From the NCBI GenBank assembly GCA_900551325.1, contig URVM01000006.1:81744-145743 (forward strand): a stretch of 64,000 nucleotides of DNA. Reading direction: 5' to 3'. This stretch comes from an uncultured Eubacteriales bacterium (GTDB taxonomy: Bacteria; Bacillota; Clostridia; Lachnospirales; Cellulosilyticaceae). This document shows positions 45,904 to 55,836 of this stretch, piece by piece. The notes beneath the pieces are model-generated. The model searched no databases and was not told the DNA's origin. It was given only the letters and a program-made list of their open reading frames with translations. The position numbers and the translations under genes were made by a program. How positions within the stretch are numbered: position 1 is the first letter of the stretch; each line of letters opens with the position of its first letter.

Positions 45904-46317
45904 TAACGTAATACTTGTACAAAGTCCTAATATATCCTTTCCTAAATCTATAAGTTCAAAGGCGCGACCAGGCGAAGTGAGTTGGAGACATTCATCAATA
46001 AAAGCAATACATAAGCCTAAAATAAGTGTAGTCCAAGCACTTTGTTTAAAGCTAAGTCCTTGATAAAGAAAAGCAAGTAGTGTAATAAATCCTAAAAGGA
46101 AGAAAAGAGTGAAGTGGCCTAGGTCTCTTACAATACTATTTATAGAAGAAAGAGTAAGAGAAGAAGAGTCTAGAATAGGTTGTGTAAGATGTATAAGGCT
46201 TTCGGTTACATTTGTACTTAGTGCATTAGATGTAGGTGCATCTTGCAAAGAAAAACTAAAAATCAGTATAATCATAGAACTAATAATAAGTCCACTGAGA
46301 ATAGATTTATATGGCAT
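45868..46317 (-). CDS. VanZ-family membrane protein
   Basis: AFIDECLQLTSPGRAFELIDLGKDILG signature and four TM helices. Confidence 0.75.
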   Translation of the reverse strand: MPYKSILSGLIISSMIILIFSFSLQDAPTSNALSTNVTESLIHLTQPILDSSSLTLSSINSIVRDLGHFTLFFLLGFITLLAFLYQGLSFKQSAWTTLILGLCIAFIDECLQLTSPGRAFELIDLGKDILGLCTSITLLFTLVVWNRNT

Positions 46318-46420
46318 ATAGGAAGACCTCCTTAAAGAAGAAAAATTTTATAATTTTTACCAAGTATTCCCTAAATGTGGTATAATTATATAGATGATTT
46401 TAAATTTTGGGGGAATTTAA

Positions 46421-47170
46421 ATGAAAAAGAAAAATGTCGTTACTACGGGAATACGTGATTGTGTACTAACAGAGGGGACTAGCTTTCATGTACAAGAGGC
46501 TTATAAAGCTATGCGGACTAACTTAATGTTTTCACTACCGGGGAATGGGTGTAAGAAAATTGTTGTAACCAGTTCTTTTGCAGGAGAGGGCAAAAGTATT
46601 ACTTGTACAAATTTAGCCATTGCTTTTGTACAGGCGGGTTACAGGGTGCTTGTTATTGATGGGGATCTTAGGAAACCTAAGTTACACCGTTATATGGATG
46701 TTCAAAATGATATAGGACTTGCTCATATTTTAGGTGGATTTAATGAGGTGAAGGAGGGAATTCATTGTACAGCGTATGAAAAGCTTCAAGTTATTCCTTC
46801 AGGACATATACCACCTAATCCTGCTGAGCTTTTAGCTTCTACTAGTATGAAAGACTTGCTTACTAAACTAGAAGAGTTCTATGATTATATCTTTATTGAT
46901 ACACCACCTATTAATTTGGTTACAGATGGGGTTGTGCTTGGGCCTATTACTTCAGGAACGATTATGGTAGTTAGAGAAGGTCAAACCCATCATAAAGATT
47001 TGCAAACCAGTTTAAATAAGCTTCAATTTGCAGAAACAAAGGTCCTTGGTCTTGTTCTTAATGATATGAAGAGGATGCAAGGTGGTTACAAGAAATACAA
47101 GGGTTATAAATATGGTGATAGCTATGGATATAGTGTATCAGCCATAGGCAATGAGTCGCTTACTTCTTAA
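46421..47170 (+). CDS. CpsD/CapB-family bacterial tyrosine kinase (BY-kinase), cytoplasmic module only
   Basis: Walker A SSFAGEGKS, A' VLVIDGDLRKP, B IFIDTPP, and a C-terminal Tyr cluster YKKYKGYKYGDSYGY. Confidence 0.85.
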   Translation: MKKKNVVTTGIRDCVLTEGTSFHVQEAYKAMRTNLMFSLPGNGCKKIVVTSSFAGEGKSITCTNLAIAFVQAGYRVLVIDGDLRKPKLHRYMDVQNDIGLAHILGGFNEVKEGIHCTAYEKLQVIPSGHIPPNPAELLASTSMKDLLTKLEEFYDYIFIDTPPINLVTDGVVLGPITSGTIMVVREGQTHHKDLQTSLNKLQFAETKVLGLVLNDMKRMQGGYKKYKGYKYGDSYGYSVSAIGNESLTS

Positions 47171-47191
47171 AGGAAGAAGCGACTTATTTTT
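47153..47191 (+). terminator. terminator overlapping the BY-kinase 3' end
   Basis: GAGTCGCTTACTTCTT-aaa-GGAAGAAGCGACT followed by TATTTTT. Confidence 0.7.
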
Positions 47192-47269
47192 ATATCTATA
47201 CTAAAATCAATTTGTAAAATAAGTCTAGAAGCTAGAAGAATGTGGTATACTTATAAAAGTATATTAAAA

Positions 47270-47298
47270 TTGACAAGCATAAGAGCACATTTTATAAT
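47270..47298 (+). promoter_or_regulatory. consensus sigma-A promoter of the ECF transporter operon
   Basis: TTGACA (47270..47275), a 17-nt spacer, TATAAT (47293..47298). Confidence 0.7.
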
Positions 47299-47327
47299 AA
47301 AGCGTTAGATAGAAAGGAGCGGGTGCA

Positions 47328-49022
47328 ATGGGTATTTGCTTTAAGGATTTCACTTTTCAGTATGAAAACTTGAAGAATCCAACGCTTAAAAACATAAACT
47401 TACAAATTGAAAAAGGCGAGAAAGTATTAATTGCAGGCCCAAGTGGAAGTGGCAAGTCTACCCTTGCACATTGTCTAAATGGGTTAATTCCTCATGCTTA
47501 TAAAGGGAAACACAAAGGTGAGTTATTATTAGATGATGAGAAGCTTTTTGGCAAGAGCTTAGAGAGTATAAGTAGAAAGATTGGAACTATCTTACAAGAC
47601 TCAGATGGACAGTTTATTGCACTAAGTGTAGGTGAGGATGTAGCCTTTGCTTTTGAAAATGACAACGTAGCTGTACCACAGATGAGAGAACGTGTAAAGA
47701 CTATTTTAGAGAATTTTGGTATGGAAGCCTTTACAAATAGAAGTCCACAAAACTTAAGTGGAGGTCAAAAACAAAAGGTAGCTATGGCAGGGATCATAGC
47801 CACAGAGACAGACATTCTCCTTTTTGATGAACCTTTAGCCAACCTAGACCCTATAAGTGGTCAACTGGCAATGGATACAATTAATACATTACATGAACAG
47901 ACTAGGAAGACAGTTATAGTAGTAGAACACCGTATAGAAGAAGTTTTAGCTCATGGGTTTGATAGGCTTGTCGTGATGCATAAAGGTGAAATCCTATTTA
48001 ATGGAACACCTGATGAAGCACTTAGATGTGGTGTGCTTATAGAAAATGGTTTAAGAGAACCTCTTTATATAGAAACCCTGAGACAGTGTGGTGTAGATTT
48101 AAAGGAAGAGACTAAGCTTACAAGGTTAGATACCTTGCTTAAATATAAAAACCAAGTGATAGACTCACTTAAGGGATTAGAGCTTATTCCAGATAAGACT
48201 ATGGGAGAGCCTCTTCTTACTTGTGAACATTTAAAGTTTAGCTATGATAAAGAAAATGGACAAATTTTAAAGGATATTTCCTTTAACTTATATGAAGGTG
48301 AATTTTTAGCTATACTTGGCAATAACGGTGCAGGTAAATCTACTTTATTAAAGGCTTTAACAGGTTTTTGTAAATTAGATGGGGGTAAGATGAATTATAA
48401 GGGTGAAGATATTACTAAGTGGTCTATTCGTAAGCGTGCTGATATCATTGGTTATGTGATGCAAAACCCTAATCATATGATTACCCAATATATGATTTAT
48501 GATGAAGTAGCTTTTGGACTTCGTAATTTTGGATATGATGAAAAGGTTGTTGGGGAAAGAGTAGAAGAAGCATTAGAAAAATGTGGTTTATCTGCTTATA
48601 GAAAGTGGCCAGTAGCATCTCTTAGCTTTGGACAGAAAAAACGTGTAACCATTGCATCTATTCTTGCCATGAAACCGAAGATTATTGTTCTTGATGAGCC
48701 AACAGCAGGGCAGGATCATAAGAATTATACAGAGTTTATGAACTTCCTCATGAGCCTTAAAGAAGAAGGGGTTACAGTGGTTATGATTACCCATGATATC
48801 CAACTTGCCCTTGAATATGCAGATCGTGCATTAGTGCTTTCAGGAGGGAAAATTCTTCAAGAAGGTACCATTTATGATGTACTTGCTAACAAAGAAGTTT
48901 TAGAACGTGCTAGCTTAAAGGAAACTTCTATTAGTGATTTAGGAGAGCTTTATGAGGTACCGCATAAGAATATATTCTTAAAGCAAGTGATACAAAAAGG
49001 GAGACAATTGACTGATGAATAA
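47328..49022 (+). CDS. ECF transporter ATPase, fused EcfA-EcfA'
   Basis: Two ABC cassettes (GPSGSGKST / LSGGQKQ and GNNGAGKST / LSFGQKK). Confidence 0.85.
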   Translation: MGICFKDFTFQYENLKNPTLKNINLQIEKGEKVLIAGPSGSGKSTLAHCLNGLIPHAYKGKHKGELLLDDEKLFGKSLESISRKIGTILQDSDGQFIALSVGEDVAFAFENDNVAVPQMRERVKTILENFGMEAFTNRSPQNLSGGQKQKVAMAGIIATETDILLFDEPLANLDPISGQLAMDTINTLHEQTRKTVIVVEHRIEEVLAHGFDRLVVMHKGEILFNGTPDEALRCGVLIENGLREPLYIETLRQCGVDLKEETKLTRLDTLLKYKNQVIDSLKGLELIPDKTMGEPLLTCEHLKFSYDKENGQILKDISFNLYEGEFLAILGNNGAGKSTLLKALTGFCKLDGGKMNYKGEDITKWSIRKRADIIGYVMQNPNHMITQYMIYDEVAFGLRNFGYDEKVVGERVEEALEKCGLSAYRKWPVASLSFGQKKRVTIASILAMKPKIIVLDEPTAGQDHKNYTEFMNFLMSLKEEGVTVVMITHDIQLALEYADRALVLSGGKILQEGTIYDVLANKEVLERASLKETSISDLGELYEVPHKNIFLKQVIQKGRQLTDE

Positions 49023-49839
49023 TACAGGATCATTGTATATAGATAAGCCTTCCTTCTTACATGACTTAGATGGAGGGGTTAAGCTTATTTGGGTTGTTAT
49101 ATGGAGTATTGTAACTTTTATGTTTATGGACATAAGGGTATTTCTTGGACTTATCGTAATAGGTAGTGTATTACTTTATTTATCACAAATAGAATTTCGT
49201 AGAATGAGATTATTGATAGGCTTTATTTTAGGCTTTACAGTATTTAACTCTATTTTATTATTAGTGTTGACACCAAGTCATGGTTCAAGACTAGCAGGAT
49301 CTACTACTGTTTTGTTTGAAGTAGGATTCTTTACTTTAACTTTAGAAAACCTATTTTATGTACTCACTATTTCATGTAAGTATATTGCACTCTTACCTAT
49401 TACTTTAATCTTCCTATTTACTACCCATCCAAGTAAATTTGCAAGTAGTCTTAATCGTATAGGTGTATCTTATAAGGTAGCTTATACAGTAAGTATTGCC
49501 TTAAGATATGTACCTGATATTCAAAATGAGGTTAAGCATATTATTATGGCACAAGAGGCAAGAGGTGTGGCCTTTAAAAGAGGTGAAGCACCATTTGGAA
49601 AAATAATAAAAAACTATGTAACCGTACTTATTCCATTAGTATTAGGTTCACTAGACCGTATTGAAGTGGTTTCTAATGCCATGGATTTACGTGGTTTTGG
49701 TAAAGGGAAAACCCGTACTTGGTATGTACGAGAACCACTTAGTAAACTGGATAAAATAGCTTTTGTAGTAGGTATACTTTTCCTTATAGCAGGGTTCTTA
49801 CTTAAAGGACAAATTCAGTACTTCTGGTACCCATTTTAA
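49015..49839 (+). CDS. ecfT: ECF transporter transmembrane component EcfT
   Basis: CbiQ-like membrane protein with ...ALRYVP...AQEARG. 8-nt overlap with the ATPase gene. Confidence 0.8.
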   Translation: MNNTGSLYIDKPSFLHDLDGGVKLIWVVIWSIVTFMFMDIRVFLGLIVIGSVLLYLSQIEFRRMRLLIGFILGFTVFNSILLLVLTPSHGSRLAGSTTVLFEVGFFTLTLENLFYVLTISCKYIALLPITLIFLFTTHPSKFASSLNRIGVSYKVAYTVSIALRYVPDIQNEVKHIIMAQEARGVAFKRGEAPFGKIIKNYVTVLIPLVLGSLDRIEVVSNAMDLRGFGKGKTRTWYVREPLSKLDKIAFVVGILFLIAGFLLKGQIQYFWYPF

Positions 49840-49902
49840 AGAAATTTATAATTTTTGTATCAACTAGTAAAGAGTTGAGTTGTATCAATACAGGGTAACA
49901 AG

Positions 49903-49936
49903 AGGACTTAGTCTAATAAAGACTGAGTCTTTTTTA
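49903..49936 (+). terminator. intrinsic terminator after ecfT
   Basis: GGACTTAGTCT-aataaa-GACTGAGTCT followed by TTTTTT. Confidence 0.7.
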
Positions 49937-49969
49937 TTCTTAATATATAGCAGCGCTATATATTAAGAA
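49937..49969. promoter_or_regulatory. 33-nt palindrome (15-bp arms)
   Basis: TTCTTAATATATAGC-AGC-GCTATATATTAAGAA, between the ecfT terminator and the GGDEF-EAL gene. Confidence 0.4.
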
Positions 49970-50033
49970 TAATTATTAAAATAGATATATATAATTTTTG
50001 ATAAATATTTAAATGGGAAGGAGTAAAGGGTTA

Positions 50034-52283
50034 ATGAAGAGGGAGAAACAATATAATAGAATATATAATAAAACAATAGGAATATCAGTATTACTTACAG
50101 TTACTTTAGTTTTAATTATAGGATTAACTTATTTTTCAATATATATTAATAGTCTAGTTGATGTTGTGAAACAAGAGGCTATAGTAATGTTACAAAATAT
50201 TTCTTCACAAAATGTAACTATCTTAAAAAATACTTTAGAAAATAAGCAGAAGGCTCTTCATTCTATAGCATTAGGAATAGAAAGAGATAAAAAGTATAAC
50301 ATTAAAGATATAGTTGAAGATTTAAAAGTATATACAGAAATTAATCCTATTTATAGTATGGGAGTAATTAATAAAGAAGGTATATGCTATAACACATTAG
50401 GTGAGCAAATAGATTTAAGTAAGGATGATTATTTTACTGAAGGAATGAAAGGAATTAGTAAAATTACTAATAGTTATGTTAGCGAAAGTAAAAAAGAATT
50501 ATTAAATATATTTACCACACCTATTTATAAAGATGGTAAGGTAGAGATGATATTAACAGCTACGTGTAAATCTAGCGATTTTTCTCAGATTTTAACTGTA
50601 TATTCTTTTGATGGTAATGGTCAAAGTATGGTAGTTGATAAAGAAGGAAATTTAGTAACAACCCCTAATATAGTTGAAGAATTAGATTTAAATGCATTGA
50701 ATTATAGTAATATAGATAAGCAAGAAATATCTAAAATTATATATAATACTATAAAGAAAAGTGATGAGAATTTTTTTGAATTTGAATATAGAGGTAATCC
50801 TTATATAGCTTATTGTGAGTCGATAGGTATTAATGACTGGAATTTAATATCTTATGTTCCTAAAAATTATCTTTGTAGTAATATATATGAAATAAGAGAT
50901 GCTATTTTTAGAGGAAGTATATACATATATATAGCATTTATTATTTTTTTAATTATTTTAGTTTGTGAACATATAATACATAAACGAAAAATAGCTCAAA
51001 TGATATTCTTTGATGATGTAACAAATGAAAAAAATTATGAATACTTAAGGATTTATTTTGAGAATATGAGTGAAGAAGATAAAGAGCAAAAATCACTTAT
51101 AGTAATGGATATAGATAAATTCAAAAGTATTAATATGATCTATGGTAATAGAACAGGAGACAAATTATTAAAATATATCCCTTTTGCTTTTAAAAAAGTA
51201 TTACCTAATGATGAAATATATAAATATCAAGGAGATATATTTATTGCCATTGTGAATAGTACTAGACAAGAAGAAATAATAGATAAGATTACTATGATTG
51301 AAGCACAAATTCAAAGAGATATAGAGCAAAAAAAAATTGTACCTATAAAGATTTATTTCGGAGTATGTCTTATTGATAAATTTAGAGATTTAGATTCTAT
51401 ATATAACAATGCTCTAATTGCAAAAAATGAAATAAAGAAAAGTGTTAATAGAAATATAAGCTTCTTTAATGAAATTGATAAAAAGAAATTTATAGAAAAT
51501 CAAAAAATAGAATTCGAATTTATGGAAGCATTTAAAAATAAAGAATTTGAAATTTGGTATCAGCCTAAATATAATATAAAAACAAAAGAAATTTATGGTT
51601 CAGAAGCCTTAGTTAGATGGCGTAAAAAAGATGGAAGTTATGTTTTGCCCTCAAATTTTATACCTGTTTTAGAAGAAACAGGACAAATTATGCAATTAGA
51701 TGAAGCTGTAATAGAAATGGTTTTTCAAGATATACATAAAATGAGAATTTTAGGACTTGATATCAAACCAGTTTCTATCAATTTATCAAGAGTTCAAGTA
51801 GCTAATTTTGAAATTATAAATAAAATACAAGAATTAATAGCATGTTATGAGATTTCACCTTCAGATGTTTCATTTGAAATAACAGAGAGTGCATTAAGTG
51901 AAGATAATGATTCTATTAATAAAATCATTTCTAAACTACATCATATAGGGTTTAAAGTAGATATAGATGATTATGGAATAGGTAAGTCTACACTAAATGC
52001 AATTTTTGCATCTGATTTTGATACCTTAAAATTAGATAAAACTTTTTCTGATAATATAGGTAATCCTAAGATGGAAGTTATCATTAAATCTACTATAAAA
52101 ATGGCAAATGAACTAAATATGACAGTTATTGCAGAAGGAGTTGAAACTAAAGAACAAATTGAGTTTTTAGTAAAGAATAACTGTAATATAGCTCAAGGAT
52201 ATTATCTTTCTAAACCTTTAAGTAAAGAAGAGTATTTTAACTTAATTAAAGAACATTATGTGAAGAGTAATAAACAATTTTAA
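50034..52283 (+). CDS. membrane sensor (Cache-like) / degenerate GGDEF / EAL c-di-GMP phosphodiesterase
   Basis: EAL motif SEALVRW and DDYGIG.. are present. The GGDEF position reads YQGDIF. The start is chosen at MKREKQ, after an AAGGAG RBS. Confidence 0.75.
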   Translation: MKREKQYNRIYNKTIGISVLLTVTLVLIIGLTYFSIYINSLVDVVKQEAIVMLQNISSQNVTILKNTLENKQKALHSIALGIERDKKYNIKDIVEDLKVYTEINPIYSMGVINKEGICYNTLGEQIDLSKDDYFTEGMKGISKITNSYVSESKKELLNIFTTPIYKDGKVEMILTATCKSSDFSQILTVYSFDGNGQSMVVDKEGNLVTTPNIVEELDLNALNYSNIDKQEISKIIYNTIKKSDENFFEFEYRGNPYIAYCESIGINDWNLISYVPKNYLCSNIYEIRDAIFRGSIYIYIAFIIFLIILVCEHIIHKRKIAQMIFFDDVTNEKNYEYLRIYFENMSEEDKEQKSLIVMDIDKFKSINMIYGNRTGDKLLKYIPFAFKKVLPNDEIYKYQGDIFIAIVNSTRQEEIIDKITMIEAQIQRDIEQKKIVPIKIYFGVCLIDKFRDLDSIYNNALIAKNEIKKSVNRNISFFNEIDKKKFIENQKIEFEFMEAFKNKEFEIWYQPKYNIKTKEIYGSEALVRWRKKDGSYVLPSNFIPVLEETGQIMQLDEAVIEMVFQDIHKMRILGLDIKPVSINLSRVQVANFEIINKIQELIACYEISPSDVSFEITESALSEDNDSINKIISKLHHIGFKVDIDDYGIGKSTLNAIFASDFDTLKLDKTFSDNIGNPKMEVIIKSTIKMANELNMTVIAEGVETKEQIEFLVKNNCNIAQGYYLSKPLSKEEYFNLIKEHYVKSNKQF

Positions 52284-52285
52284 GT

Positions 52286-52383
52286 GAGATATTAGCTTAT
52301 GACTTTTCTTAGACTAATATCTTTTTAGAATTCATATTAAAAAAAGAAGAATTCAACCTAGAGGTAGGTTGAATTCTTTTTTG
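52286..52383 (+). terminator. two consecutive terminator hairpins
   Basis: AGATATTAG...CTAATATCTTTTT and AAGAATTCAACCT-agaggt-AGGTTGAATTCTTTTTTTG. Confidence 0.75.
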
Positions 52384-52471
52384 TGTATAAAAATATCAGA
52401 AAAGTTTGATGTTGAATGATGATTATTATAAAATATAAATATTGTTTACTATTATATTAGGGGGAAAAGAA

Positions 52472-53041
52472 ATGAAGAAGCGATTGTATTTTAATGCTGT
52501 ACTTATTTTAATTGGGGCTATAGTTATAGGAGGGGGCTTTTTATTTGCAGGGGTTAAGTATATGGAAGCAAATCACAAAGTAAGCTTTATAGCACCAGCT
52601 GTTTCAGAAGTTAAATTATCTAAACCAGGTCGTTATGTAATCTTCTTAGAAGAAAATATAATGATTGGCAATACTTTTTATGGTACAACAGATCAAATAC
52701 CAGATATGAGGGTAAAGGTATTTAATGAGGAAGAAACTGCCCAGGTACAGCCTGCTGTAGGACAAGAGACTTATACTATAAACGGAACAAGTGGTTATGG
52801 TCTTTTAGAATTTGAAGTAGAAAAGCCTGGTACTTATACAGTACAAGTAGAGTATGTGAATCAAAGAGACGAAAGAATAGTGCTTGCTATTAATACAAAA
52901 CCAGATAGTTATATGTTAGGAACAACATTTTTTGCTATTGGTGGAGTGGGTATGCTCATAGGTGTCCTAATATCTATAGGAATGATAGGGTATGGAGTAA
53001 TAAGAAGCGCAAAACGATTACCTATATTACAAAATGGTTAA
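52472..53041 (+). CDS. membrane-anchored hypothetical protein
   Basis: N- and C-terminal TM helices flank a beta-rich domain. The start is at MKKRLYF, after GGGGGAAAAG. Confidence 0.5.
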   Translation: MKKRLYFNAVLILIGAIVIGGGFLFAGVKYMEANHKVSFIAPAVSEVKLSKPGRYVIFLEENIMIGNTFYGTTDQIPDMRVKVFNEEETAQVQPAVGQETYTINGTSGYGLLEFEVEKPGTYTVQVEYVNQRDERIVLAINTKPDSYMLGTTFFAIGGVGMLIGVLISIGMIGYGVIRSAKRLPILQNG

Positions 53042-53163
53042 AAAATGTTGAACAAAGGTAAATTCAATTGTTTTTTGGTACTCCATCCTATAGAATAGAA
53101 AATAGTGGTAGAGTATACTTTAATTTAAAATTATATGATACAAAATATAAGGAGGATGACTTT

Positions 53164-55191
53164 ATGAGAAAGCACTATTCTAAATTGCTTTTATCGCTTA
53201 CATTAGCGAGTGTTATTAGTGTAAATACATTTGGGGCAGTAACTTTTACAGATGTGACAGATAAACATTGGGCCTATCCAGGCATTAGCTATATGCAAGA
53301 CCAAGGTTATATGACAAAGAATAGTAGTGGTGAATTTAAACCATCTGAGGAAGTATCCTATTTTGAAATAGCTGAGATTTTAGCTAAAGCTACAGGTTAT
53401 CAAGATGAACTTGTTGTAAAGGATATGGATCCTACTCTTAAAAAACAAATTGCAGAGAACTACGAGAAACAAAAGCCAGTTCTTAAGACATATACAGATA
53501 AATTTAGTACTTGGGAAACAAGATGTAATGAAGAGATTGCTTATCTTCTTGGAAGAGGCTATTTATCACAAGAAGAACTTGGTCGTTTTATGATTAAAAC
53601 AGCAGATGGTAAAGAAGTGAAAAATACTTTAACTAAACAAGATTTTGTTACATTACTTGTACGCGTTATCGGTAAAGAAGTAAGTGCAAAAAGTGCTTAT
53701 AAAGGAAAAACAAATTTCCAAGATAACGACCTAATTCGTGAGGAAAATAGACCTTACGCAGCATATTATAACCAAATTGGCCTTTTAAATGGGGACGCAA
53801 AAGGCAATATGGGAGCAAATACAAAAGTAACAAGAGCACTTTGTGCACAAATGACTTATAGTGCTTTAATGTATAAGGAAAAGTTAGATAAAGAAAATCC
53901 TACTAAGCCAGTTGCACCACCTACAACAGAAGTAACTAATGGGATTACAGGTACAATAAATAAAATAGTACCTAAAAATAGTGATACAGGAGAAAACTAT
54001 GTACTCCTTGAAGTAAATGGGAAAACAACTTTCTATACTGCCAATAAAGCAACTAAAATAACAAATAGTACTGGACAAACTGTAGCTTTTACAAATTTAA
54101 AAGTTGGAGAAAAGGTAACTATTACGGTAGCTAAAGAAAATGGTGTAGAACTTATTAAAACGATTACACTTTTAAATAGTACAGGAGGTACTACACCAAC
54201 AGTACCAGATACTAAACCAGGAGAAGATGATAATCAAAATAATGGTGGAAGCACAACAGAACAAGAAACAACAACTTACTTAGGCGATGTTGAAAATGTA
54301 GGACGCAGTGGTTCTATCTCAGTTTCTACATCACAAGGTACTGTAACTTATTTAACAAGTGATACATGTGAAATCCTATACAATGGACAAAGTCTAAAAC
54401 TTGATGAGCTTCAAATAGGAGATCGTGTGCGTATCTATGTAGACAACTATAAAGTTGTTAAAATTAATGTATTAACAAGAGCAGAAGCACCATCTACAAC
54501 AGCTGAGTTTATGAGAGTAACAAATAAAGTGACAAGTTATAATATGACTTTACTTGAAGGTACAAAAGAAAAAACAGTTGAAGTAGATAAAGAAGCTACT
54601 ATTAAACGAAATGGTAAACGTGCTACTATAGAAGAACTTCGTGTAGGAGATAAACTCACACTTACAATGGAAGGTAAGGTAGTAGTAGGTATTGAAGCGA
54701 CTTCAGAAGAAAGTAGCTTTGTAGGAACAGTAGAAAGTATTATTATTTCAAATACACCACAACTCATTGTACGTTCAAAAGGTGAGCTTAAAACAGTAAA
54801 TGTTACAACTAATACAGATTTATATGACAGTACTTCAAAAAATGATGTGTCACTAAGAGAAATCTTACTAGGCTCAAAAGTTGAAGTTCTTACAGAAAGT
54901 AAAGAAGCAGTATCTGTAGTAGTAAAAGAAAAATCTACAGAAATCTCCTACAAAGGAACAGTACAATACGTAGGACCAGGTGCTAAATACATAGATGTAG
55001 TCGTAGAATACGATGCCTTAACAGGAGAAACAATGACACTTAAACGTGTAAACGTTCCAACACAGGTTAAAATTATCGTAGATAGAGAAGTAGGTTACAG
55101 AAACCAAATTAAAGAAGGTATGGAAGTACTTATGATCTATAACTACGGAGAAGATATGGCTCCACAATCTATAGAAGTTATAGCTAAGTAA
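53164..55191 (+). CDS. SLH-domain cell-wall-associated protein
   Basis: Signal peptide. SLH motif FTDVTDKHWAYPGISYM. Thr/Gly-rich linker and repeated beta-rich modules. ATG at 53164 follows AGGAGG. Confidence 0.75.
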   Translation: MRKHYSKLLLSLTLASVISVNTFGAVTFTDVTDKHWAYPGISYMQDQGYMTKNSSGEFKPSEEVSYFEIAEILAKATGYQDELVVKDMDPTLKKQIAENYEKQKPVLKTYTDKFSTWETRCNEEIAYLLGRGYLSQEELGRFMIKTADGKEVKNTLTKQDFVTLLVRVIGKEVSAKSAYKGKTNFQDNDLIREENRPYAAYYNQIGLLNGDAKGNMGANTKVTRALCAQMTYSALMYKEKLDKENPTKPVAPPTTEVTNGITGTINKIVPKNSDTGENYVLLEVNGKTTFYTANKATKITNSTGQTVAFTNLKVGEKVTITVAKENGVELIKTITLLNSTGGTTPTVPDTKPGEDDNQNNGGSTTEQETTTYLGDVENVGRSGSISVSTSQGTVTYLTSDTCEILYNGQSLKLDELQIGDRVRIYVDNYKVVKINVLTRAEAPSTTAEFMRVTNKVTSYNMTLLEGTKEKTVEVDKEATIKRNGKRATIEELRVGDKLTLTMEGKVVVGIEATSEESSFVGTVESIIISNTPQLIVRSKGELKTVNVTTNTDLYDSTSKNDVSLREILLGSKVEVLTESKEAVSVVVKEKSTEISYKGTVQYVGPGAKYIDVVVEYDALTGETMTLKRVNVPTQVKIIVDREVGYRNQIKEGMEVLMIYNYGEDMAPQSIEVIAK

Positions 55192-55200
55192 ATTGAGTGA

Positions 55201-55237
55201 AAACAGGCGTCCCCTTGAATGGGGACGCCTGTTTTTT
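55201..55237 (+). terminator. strong intrinsic terminator
   Basis: AAACAGGCGTCCCC-ttgaat-GGGGACGCCTGTTTTTTG. Confidence 0.9.
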
Positions 55238-55244
55238 GTACTTG

Positions 55245-55745
55245 GTCTACTAATAGGGTACCGTGTGACTGTATTCTCCTCCACTCGCTGACTACGTGTT
55301 TAGAGAAATGTAGGGAGGAGATTCTCTCTCAATTAGTGTATGAGGGCGCCAGGCTGTGAGCTGCTCCTACTCCGGCTTCCCTTACGGCGGCTAAGAATGA
55401 ATAAAAAATGTACCGTGTCTACTAAAGGGTACCGTGTGGCTGTATTCTCCTTCACCTGCTCACTACGTGTTCAGAGAAATGTAACTCATTCTAAAATGAT
55501 AACGCCATAAACTCACTACACTGCGTTTCGTTCAGACAGCATGGCTAAAACCATCATTTTCTCATTTCGAACATTTCTTAACTGAACACTCCGTAGGCAG
55601 ATTACGGAGAACACATCCCCACGTTACCCTCCCAAATCCTCGCAGTACACAGAGAGAAAGATGGCTCACCGTCATGAGGAATTCTTGGTATGAGTAGTCC
55701 ACATCCCTCTACCTATCAAGGTTACTTGAGAGCATGGGAGGTTCA
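55245..55745. repeat. GC-rich non-coding region of nested direct and inverted repeats (Z elements)
   Basis: GTCTACTAA.AGGGTACCGTGTG.CTGTATTCTCC...CACTACGTGTT.AGAGAAATGTA occurs at 55245 and 55416. An inverted, diverged copy lies at 55571..55630. No ORF is present. Confidence 0.6.
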
Positions 55746-55836
55746 CGTATTTTTTAAAAATTGTGTTGAATTTCATTTTAAAGCGTTATAGGATGGGGTT
55801 AGGCATCGATGTACTTTATAATAAAGAAGGTAGTTT

